Shown here in pieces: positions 46,421 through 55,257 of a stretch of 64,000 nt of DNA. A program made the translations under genes and the position numbers. Position 1 is the stretch's first letter. Every line of letters starts with the position of its first letter. Source of the stretch: Neophaeotheca triangularis (Eukaryota); assembly GCA_054600435.1 (NCBI GenBank), contig BAAIJX010000020.1, positions 124,001 through 188,000 of the forward strand, read 5' to 3'. The notes beneath the pieces were generated by a model, which did not search any database, was not told the DNA's origin, and was given only the letters and a program-made list of their open reading frames with translations.

Positions 46421-47604
46421 TAGGGGACTGTAGGCAAAAGGGGCGAAGGACGTGAAGACCGCTCGGTCACCTGGCACTAAAGTAGGTTTGCGCGAAGTAA
46501 AAACCGGCTATCGGTGCTTCCAAACAATCTCACTGCAACTACTGCACACCCCAGTATCGTCCGGTCTTTGTTCGGTCATTAAATAAATACGGGGCGAGAG
46601 CTCCAAGTGTGGCCGCCTGTCTTGGGCTTCTCTTCCAGGGGTCGCAACATCTGTACACGGATTCCTACCGTTTCTTCGAGGTTAGGCAACCAGTCGAGGG
46701 ATTCGCGAGGGAGACTACCTGACTCTTTATACTTCGTACGACGCACAACTCTCGATATTGATGCATACGTATTGAACTAGCCCAGCATCGTGAGGTCGAC
46801 TGGTATTCGCCGTTAGCCACAACACATATGACTCTCCTGCAGCATCAAGACGCATGCAGGGTATGCGAGACCTGGCAGAGTGAGCTTTGAGCTATCTGTC
46901 TCATCCTTGAGCTTGTGTGGACAGAGATCACGGCCCGACCCATGACTCTCTTTAAATACTTCCTTCTGCGATGCTACCGTTTCCGCTCTTGCCGTGGGGA
47001 ATTAGGTATCAATGTATCTACCACGAGTACCAACAGTCCGATAGCACTTTTCAGCCTTCTCCAATTGCGAGCTTCGCCGTAGAGATCTCTATTCGCGAAC
47101 GTGGCACTGAAACGAGACATTATGGCGATACCGGCGCAGTAGATCAAGTTGAAGATTGCGTGGGAGCGTGGATGGATTGCAAATGGCAGTGTGCGGCCGG
47201 CACGCCGCACCATGTTGAGATAAAAAGAACATTTCATCATAATTAGCTGGTACGTTATAGATTCCCTTACTGGGCAGAGAGGTGAGCTCGAGGTAGGTAC
47301 CTAGGTATTTTGTGGAAGAGGAAGCACTGTAGGGTGTCCGAATGGAGCAATTGCATGTAGCCAAATCCATCCTCCTTCTAGCGCATTTTCTCATCTACCA
47401 ATCATGCCGGTCAAGATGAGATAGATTGGCAGAATTAATTGATCATTCACCGCCAAGCTGTTTTAGCTCGAGCTTTCACCTCGTCATCTTCACATGCGAC
47501 TGCAACTCTATACCAACCACTCCAACCTCCACCTAGGTAACTCCACAAACCCAAACAAGACAACTCCAACCACCAATCGAGCAACCCAGTCCAACTCGCT
47601 TACC

Positions 47605-48684
47605 ATGCCCAAAGCCGAAGTCGGGAGCACAAAATGGATCGCCAACAAGCAAAAATCCAAAGGCCTGCAACGCCTACGCTGGTACTGCCAAATCTGCGAA
47701 AAGCAATGCCGCGACGAAAACGGCTTCAAGCAACACACAATGTCGGAAGGGCACGTGCGAGCCATGCTGACGGTGGGCGAGAACCCGCGCAACGTCATCA
47801 ACGAGTACAGCAACGACTTCAAACGCGACTTTCTCAAATTGCTGTCGACGCAGCATGGCGAGAAGAAGGTGAATATCAATCACTTTTATCAGGATTATAT
47901 TCGGGACAAGGAGCATGTGCACATGAATGCGACCAAGTGGCCCAGTTTGACCGAGTTTGCAAAGTTTCTTGGGAGGGAGGGGATCTGTAGGGTTGAGGAG
48001 GGGGAGAGGGGGTTGGAGATTGCGTGGATTGATGACTCGGCTGGCGCGATTCAGAGGCGGGATGCGGTTAAGAAGGCCGAGGCGCGGATTAAAGGGGATG
48101 ATGATGCGGAGGACCGGGCGTTGAAGGCGCAGATGAAGCGGGCGAGGGAGGCGGCCAAAGCGAATGGGGAGGATGAGAAGAAGGAGAGGGGGAGGGAGGA
48201 GATGTTGAAAAATTTGCCTGCGCTTGATGAGCCCATGAAGATGTCTTTCAGCTTGGCAGGCTCCAAGAAGGCGGAGGACAAGGAGAGGCCGCAGGCGCAG
48301 CAGAGCGGAGACAAGGACAAGGCCGTTGCTATCGACTCATTTGCGACTACAGACACCACCGAAAAACCCGCAGGCTCCACTAAGCAGGATGACAACACTG
48401 AGCAGGCGAAGGAGCAGATCAGCCAAGCGCAGCCCGAGAGCGCATCTCAGCCGCCACAAACGGAAACCTCCGCGCCAGCCGCCGAACAACCACCAGCCAA
48501 GCGCGTCAACCCGCTCAAACGCAAAAACCCCTTGTCGGGCAAGAAACGCGTCGAAGTCGCGCCAGAGGTCACGGAGAAGAAGATGAGTAATGCCGAACGG
48601 ATTATGAAAGAGGAGTTGGAGCGGAAGAAACTCGGCCCTCAACGGGGTGATTTTGGGGGTGCTAAGAAGCAGAGGAGATTCTAA
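47605..48684 (+). CDS. RTS2: KIN17/Rts2 zinc-finger protein
   Basis: KSKGLQRLRWYCQICEKQCRDENGFKQHTMSEGH, HVHMNATKWPSLTEF. Confidence 0.93.
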   Translation: MPKAEVGSTKWIANKQKSKGLQRLRWYCQICEKQCRDENGFKQHTMSEGHVRAMLTVGENPRNVINEYSNDFKRDFLKLLSTQHGEKKVNINHFYQDYIRDKEHVHMNATKWPSLTEFAKFLGREGICRVEEGERGLEIAWIDDSAGAIQRRDAVKKAEARIKGDDDAEDRALKAQMKRAREAAKANGEDEKKERGREEMLKNLPALDEPMKMSFSLAGSKKAEDKERPQAQQSGDKDKAVAIDSFATTDTTEKPAGSTKQDDNTEQAKEQISQAQPESASQPPQTETSAPAAEQPPAKRVNPLKRKNPLSGKKRVEVAPEVTEKKMSNAERIMKEELERKKLGPQRGDFGGAKKQRRF

Positions 48685-48802
48685 GGGGTTCTGCTATTCT
48701 TTATGAATTTCAATTTAGCGATGGCGTCGGCGGAGTTTGTATCGGCCGCTTAGGACTGATTATCTACTCATTTGGCCCGATCTGGTGTCTCTCCAAGCTC
48801 AT

Positions 48803-50467
48803 TCAAGACCACCTTTCTACTTCCTGAGCTGAAGTCCTTGGCTCCAACAACAGCTCGCCCACCGGCTTTCCTTGCTGGCCGAACCCACCCGCCGAAGAAT
48901 GCACCTTCCTTCCACGCACCCAAGTCTCAGTCACTACACCTTTCAGAGTCTTGCCCTGATACGCTGAGATAGTGTTCCTGAACAGCATAGTGCTCTTCTG
49001 TACGAGGAACTCCGCAGAATCGTCGAAGACGGCCACATCGCCGTCAAAGCCTACTTGCAAAGAGCCCTTGCGGTCCTCCAATCCTACCTGCAGAGCAGTC
49101 GCCACGCTGCACAGTCTGACGACGTTTAGGAGTGTGTCGTTCACCGCGAGCCCACGTCTCATAGCTTCGGTCCAGAGGATAGGAAGGCCAAGACCAACAG
49201 AGCTGACGCCACCCCATGCTTCGAGGAAATCGCCTGCCTCGTTGGGGGCAGTCTCGTTACTCTTCGTTCCCGGGACGTCGGCTGGCAGAAGCTTGAGGTC
49301 TGGCGTGCAGGGAGAGTGATCTGAAACCACGGTCTTGATCACGCTGTCTTCCCGCTCGAGCATCTCGCTCCACAAGGTGTCCTGGTTCGACTGCTCGCGG
49401 ATCGGGGGAGCGCACTTGTGCCTCGTGTCTCCGTTCTCGATCTGTTCGGCTGCGAGACTGAGATAGTGGAAGCATGTCTCAGCTGTGATCTTGACGCCTC
49501 TTTGGCGAGCCTCGCGGAGCATCGGGATAGCCTCCACTGCTGACAGATGCACGATGTGGAGAGGTAGGTTTGGCGCAAGGTGGGCCAAAGACAGGATTTC
49601 CTCAATGGCGGTAACTTCAAAGCTCGGGGGCCTCGTATCCAGGTAGGTTTGGTACTCCATCGGGTCTCCCATTGGTTCCCACGTTTGTTGGATAGAGGCG
49701 TTGGCAGCGGGCTCCTTTTCAGCGTGGAACATGACAGTCGTCGCCTGGTCGGCGAGTTCTGCAAGCGCTTTGGTGATGTCTTGGGCAGTTACAGGGGGGA
49801 ATTCGTCGACACCACTGTCCATCATGAAGCCCTTGAAACCCCTTACACCAGCAGCTATCAAAGGCTTGAGGTCTTTGTCGTTGCCGGGAATGAGGCCACC
49901 ATAGAAGCCAACGTCGACCCAGCACTGGCCTTGGGCTGCATCGATCTTTTCCTGGAAATTCGAGACATTGGTAGTCGGCGGGATAGCGTTCAATGGCATG
50001 TCAACAACAGTGGTGACACCACCAAAGGCTGCTGCCCGAGTGCCGTGCCAGAAGCCCTCCCATTCCGTACGGCCAGGCTCATTGAGATGCACGTGTGCGT
50101 CAACAAGGCCGGGCATGAGGATTTGCGGGCTGTAGTCATTGTACTCTGTGCCCGGAGGGAAGGAGGAAGCAGGCAGTACAGCCTCCACGACCTCGACAAT
50201 TTTACCCGTCTCTGTTGAGATGACAATGGTGGCCTCGCCGAGCTTGTCACCGACAACTGCGCGGCATGAAGCGAGTACGGTGACGTTGGAGGACGGAGCG
50301 AGCCCAGTATCCACGTGACAATCTCGATGGTTTTCCGTGCCTGCTGCAACTCGAGCTAGGTACTTGCCGTCAGTCGTGATTTTTTTACGCGATCAAGATG
50401 ATCTGATCAACTTACAGATGAGCAACAACGAGGTAGCAAGCTTGCCAAAAGTAGCGCTTCCCAACAT
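48803..50467 (-). CDS. DAL1: Allantoinase with predicted signal peptide; exons 50467-50416, 50355-48803
   Basis: PGLVDAHVHLNEPGRTEWEGF, GGVTTVVDMPLN, FHAE, ETCFHYL, KCAPPIR, SDHSP, AWGG. No in-frame ATG before the domain in exon 2; GTAAGT..CTGAC..TAG intron joins upstream ATG in frame. Confidence 0.9.
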
Positions 50468-50556
50468 GATAAGTAAGTAAACAAGGAAAAGACTTAGGTA
50501 CAGACTCAACCCCTGGTGCCAATGCCTCGAGCAAAGCCCTTGATATATCTAATATC

Positions 50557-50583
50557 CGTCAAGCACGTCAAGCACGTCAAGCA
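50557..50583. repeat. Three tandem copies of CGTCAAGCA (TGACG half-sites) about 90 nt upstream of the allantoinase ATG
   Basis: Direct reading: CGTCAAGCA CGTCAAGCA CGTCAAGCA. Confidence 0.85.
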
Positions 50584-50964
50584 GCAAACTTCGCGACATC
50601 GCCCTTGGCATGATGGGGCTTCCTCAAGGTTGGGTGCAGGTGCCCAGGCGCTAGCAAGTCTTGATAGAGGGTAGAAGTGTGCTGTATAGTTGAGATCAAC
50701 GAGGGACGCGAAGAGGCGATGGATCTTATTACTCGATAGCAATTCGAAAGCAAAGCCCGACACGGGGGGTGGAGTGGCGACAGCGGGTACTTGTTGAACT
50801 TTGAAATACTTCGGTTGCCGAGGGGTCCCGTAAGAGGTCCTGCCAGCAACCAACAAGTCTTTGCTTTCTTCTCAATAGAGCCTGGTAGCATGGGCGTAAG
50901 ACTTCTGGTCCAAGTCACAGCCATATGGACAACTCTGTGAGTGCAGCCTAATCGTCCATCCACC

Positions 50965-52250
50965 GGACAGCAAAACGCGGTATGAGATTTTGAATTTCAA
51001 AAAGGCGTCTTTTGGCCTTGATTTTCTATTACACTAAACATACGCGCACGCATACTATCTACTGCATTATTAATAGACTCTATTGGAATCAACGACCACG
51101 ATCTATTAGCTTCATGCCTTATATCCTCGACAGTAATACGCGCTTGCTTTCGAAACTCCGTTTTCGACATTCCCGCACATGTTTCGACTACCGATAGATC
51201 CGGTGATCCTTTCGTATTCACATAGTAGTCGAGGCCTATCTCTTTCTTATATTTAAGAACTGATTTTGCCTTATGTGCACCGTCCCTATCCTCCTCGAGT
51301 ATAAAGTCATCGCCACGATCGAGCATAGGCTTAATATGCTCCCGTAGAAGCTGTTTATAAACCGTTGCGTTCATTTTGCCGTTATCGTTCGTAGGCATAG
51401 TATACTCGATTATATCGGGCTTATAGTTATAGCCGATAATAGCGAGAAAGTGGACGTTTTTCGTAGGTTCATCGTCTCGTTCTCCGTTATCGCGAATAGG
51501 CCCTTGTTTTGTCTTTGTCTTTCGTTGTTTTCGACGAATAGCATCCGGCTTTGTCCTTTCGTGTAGACCTTTCTTTCGATAGATATAGTGTCGCTCCTCC
51601 TCTCTACTGTAGCCGTAGTGAAACTCGTCGAGAAAGCGTATCTTCTGGTATGCCTCTTTCGTCGGGAATTTATCGAGAAACCACTTCGCGAATTTAACAC
51701 GTTCAAAAGCGTCTTTTTCGTCTACCTCTTCGCGCGTAAGAGCAATAGCACGCCTATAGCCTTTTTTAGCTAGATACCGTTGTATTGTCTTATCCGAAAT
51801 ACGCGGAAGATTTGCTTCGTACTGTAGAGCGCCGGAATCGAGATTATGCCCTTCGTAGCCATTATTTTCGATAACGTCAATAGCGTCGTTTATTTGCTCT
51901 TCGCCGAGCTGTAGAACATCGTCCCCTCGATACCCTCCTCGAGTCTCGTTTTCTAATAGTCGGCGAGAGCGTCCTTCGAGAAGAACCTTTGAAATTGTCG
52001 AGGTAGAGGTTTCGAAGCATTCCGCGAGTGCATCTTGTTTTCGCTTTTCGAGTTTTCCGTGATTATTTTCGAGGTATCCGAGAAACTCGGCTGCTCCGAG
52101 GATTCTACTCTTCTTCGGAGTATCGAGGTGTTTAGGCATTACAGGTACATGTATTATAAGAAAGAGAGAGAGTCAAACGAGTCAAAAGAGTCGGATTGCG
52201 ACAATGCGACAAGCGGTCTTGGCACGCTTCTGTGCCGCGTTTTGCTGTCC
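50965..52250 (-). mobile_element. Tc1/mariner-superfamily DNA transposon, 1286 bp
   Basis: Perfect 16-bp inverted repeats GGACAGCAAAACGCGG (50965-50980) / CCGCGTTTTGCTGTCC (52235-52250) enclosing a transposase ORF; AT-richer than flanks. Confidence 0.85.
50997..52139 (-). CDS. DD34E (Tc1-type) transposase, 380 aa
   Basis: RFLDE (D1), FILEEDRDGAH (D2), SPDLSVVE (E) with 34 residues between D2 and E; HTH-like ISDKTIQRYL; INNAVDSM..R terminus. Confidence 0.9.
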   Translation of the reverse strand: MPKHLDTPKKSRILGAAEFLGYLENNHGKLEKRKQDALAECFETSTSTISKVLLEGRSRRLLENETRGGYRGDDVLQLGEEQINDAIDVIENNGYEGHNLDSGALQYEANLPRISDKTIQRYLAKKGYRRAIALTREEVDEKDAFERVKFAKWFLDKFPTKEAYQKIRFLDEFHYGYSREEERHYIYRKKGLHERTKPDAIRRKQRKTKTKQGPIRDNGERDDEPTKNVHFLAIIGYNYKPDIIEYTMPTNDNGKMNATVYKQLLREHIKPMLDRGDDFILEEDRDGAHKAKSVLKYKKEIGLDYYVNTKGSPDLSVVETCAGMSKTEFRKQARITVEDIRHEANRSWSLIPIESINNAVDSMRARMFSVIENQGQKTPF

Positions 52251-52566
52251 TCACCTTGTCGTCACAATATGTCAGGGTTAGGGTTTGAGTTTAATGGGGG
52301 CTCCGGCAAGGATTCGATCCATGCCAACATGCGTCTAGACATCCGCGAGCTCTTGCACTTTCAACTACGCATACAAGAAGCTTCTGTTCGACTTGTCGAT
52401 GAGCGCTCGGATCAGCTCCTGCATGTGTGCGTGTACCTCATCATCCACATGTAGGTCCTCTCGACTGTGCGAGTAAACTCGGCATTCTGATTGTCGTCTG
52501 GGCCCCCAGTCAATCGTCCAGTCGGAATGCGTTGCCCAGAGGCATTTCAGCCAAACCTCGTATCCC

Positions 52567-52738
52567 TTATCAGTCGAGACGAACATGCATGCATACACCC
52601 TGTCAAGAGCCTGCGAAGAAGCCTGACTCTGTATTGCTAGCGGAAGACTTGAGCAACACGCCCGATAGATTGTAGAGGTACACTGCGATAGTAGCTATCG
52701 TCACCTAATCACTCCAGACCTGGTATCCCTCGCTATCA
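52567..52738. promoter_or_regulatory. HGATAR (AreA/Nit2-type) site cluster upstream of the ammonium transporter
   Basis: TTATCA 52567, CGATAG 52663, inverted pair CGATAG-TAG-CTATCG 52686-52700, CTATCA 52733. Confidence 0.5.
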
Positions 52739-52963
52739 GACTCAAAAGCTACCTCGCCTTTCAACGGTAAGCTTGATGAAACAAAAAGCTCTCTATCCGC
52801 CCCTACCATCACAGCACCCAAAGCTCTCTACTTTCCCTTTCTGCAAGGCTATTCTTTTGCCTGTCAAAGACGCCGTGCTTAGAACGCAAGTGCCGCTAAG
52901 CCCAGGAGCTCACCTAAATAGACTTCCAGAAAAAAAAAAAAAGAGCCGTATCGTACCATCAAT

Positions 52964-54731
52964 ATGAGCGACGCAGGAGAGATCGCTCCAGTGACCGAAT
53001 GGCCCAACTACAACGACGACCCTCGCGGCGGCGACCCCTTGACCCAAGACCTCAACGCCCCTTACGATAAAGTGCGCACCCAATCCCCTCACCCGCAGCA
53101 TTTCAACCAAACTAACAATCTCAAACCCGCAAAGGGCGACCTAGCCTGGGTCCTCTGCTGCGCAATCTTCTGCTGGATCATCACGCCCGCCATCGGCTTC
53201 CTGTACGCGGGTATGCACCGGCGCAAGGCCATGCTGACAATGGTCTTCCAATCCCTCTTCTGCGCCAGCGCGTGCGGGATTCAGTACTGGATTTATGGCT
53301 ACTCGCTGTACATGAGCCATACGACGAACCCGGTCTTGGGCGACATGTCGCTCGTGGTGCTGCATGATGTGCTTGCGCAGCCGAGTCTTGCCAACGATGA
53401 TATCCCGGATTTGCTGTGTGAGTTTTTCGCAGAGTTGGGATTGGGTGGCTGTGTTTGGTAGGTCGCTGATCGATGCTTGTTGGGTAGATGCGTGTTTTGG
53501 CTTCACCTTTGTGACGGCCACGGCGATGATTCTGGCCGGTGCTATGCTAGAGCGCGGCCGGCTTTGGCCTAGCATGCTCTTCCTGCTGTGCTGGACGACG
53601 GTGAGCTCCGCTTCGGCTCCGCTTCTTCCCAGCGCTGACTGCTCGACATAGTTCGTCTACTACGTCCTCGCCTACTGGGAATGGAATCCCTCCGGCTGGC
53701 TCTACAACCTAGGCGTCTACGACTATGCCGGCAGCGGCCCAGTGCACATCGCCAGCGGCTTCGGCGCCCTGGCCTGGAGCATGATGCTCGGACCGCGCAT
53801 CCCCGACACCACGGCCGAGACTCGCAAGAAGATGGTGCACTTCAAACCGCACAACCCCTTCGTCATGTGCCTGGGCACCATCATCATTTGGTTCGGGTAA
53901 GGCTTTGCCATCCAAATCCCCTTTCAACCCTCACGCGCCAGCTAAAACTCCCACCTTCCCAGCTGGTTCGCCTTCAACGGCGCAAGCACGGCAAACCTCA
54001 GCCTCCGCTCCATCTACGTCGTCATCAACACGAACCTCGCGGCGTGCGGCGGGGGCATAGGCTGGGTGCTGCTGAGCTACCTACACGAAAAGAAATTCAG
54101 CCTGCTCGGCTTCTGCAGCGGCATCATAGCAGGACTAGTCGGCATCACGCCAGCGGCGGGCTTCGTGCCGGTCGAAGTGGCCGCGCTCGTGGGCCTGCTA
54201 ACCAGCGTCTGCAGTTTCCACGTCAACAGGTACAAGTACCTGCTCTCCATCGACGAAGGCATGGATATCTTCGCCATACACGGGATGGGAGGCTTTGTCG
54301 GGGATATTCTGACCGGGTTTTTCGCCGCGGATTTCGTGCCCGCGCTCGATGGCGTTTCCGGGACTAGCTACGCTGGCGGTTGGTGGAATGGCAACTGGAT
54401 CCAGATGGGCTACCAGTTGGCTGCGGCTTTCACGTGCGCCGCGTGGTCCTTTGGCGTCAGTTGCGTGTTGCTTTTCGTTATTGATAAGATTCCTGGTTTG
54501 AGGATTAGAGCTAGCGAGGAGGATGAGGTGCGTGGGCTGGATTGCAAGTATCTTGATGATGTTGAGTGGGATGATTTTCATTCTAATGGGTGGACGACGC
54601 CGGCGAGGGACGCGGAAGTGGGGGTGCTGGAGGGGAGGCGCGCAGGTGCGAGCGTGCGGAGGCTCTCTGAGCCCGCAAAGTTGGAGAAGGGGGCGGAGCC
54701 ACCTTCGATGCAGGGGACGAAGACCGATTGA
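52964..54731 (+). CDS. Ammonium transporter (Amt/Mep); introns 53072-53134, 53418-53487, 53601-53651, 53897-53962
   Basis: TPAIGFLYAG, GAMLERGR, DYAGSGPVHIASG, IWFGWFAFNG, GLVGITPAAG, FAIHG; spliced frame is continuous. Confidence 0.93.
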
Positions 54732-55257
54732 GCTGCCGAGGATCGCTTTCGCTATGCGTGTTTCTCAGGTGGCGGGAAGCCCTCCTTTCACGACTTGCTA
54801 GTGTACCAATCTCAGTAATCCCCATAGCGACCAACTGAGAAGAAGTCGCCGTGACGGTAGCCAAGTGGAAAGGAAGGGAATGCAACCAAACTAAACCGGA
54901 TTCACCTACATGTAGCACTTATCCCCAAAACCAGTCAAAGAACATCAACTAGCGTTGTACATTGCCGCACCTCACTTTACTCCGCGAAGCCTATCCTAAG
55001 TAGTACAAATCCCCACTACTCATGCTCAAAAAGAAGCCGTGCGGGGAAATCGAAAGGGGCAACGCCACGATAGCACCAGAACACGCCCGGCAAGACACCA
55101 CACCCAGCAAGTCTCGCGAACAAAGCTTTATCAGACGTGACGGCGGAAAAGAGAGCCAACGCTCGCCCTCTCCCGGCCGCACCAAGCCGTGCTATGCCGT
55201 GTCGAAAGCGCAAGAAGAAAAAAGCGCGTCTACCAGCCTCATCACCTCCTAAGCAAC

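Noticed and set aside
50811..50821. TCGG-N3-CCGA upstream of allantoinase as a UaY site
   Set aside because: UaY consensus is TCGG-N6-CCGA; spacing does not match.
52305..52325. GATTCGATCC T-loop/B-box-like hairpin
   Set aside because: No cloverleaf or A box around it; not a tRNA.
50965..52700. Fanzor/TnpB-type cargo with the Tc1 element
   Set aside because: No RuvC-like ORF inside or next to the element; the transposase fills the TIR interval.
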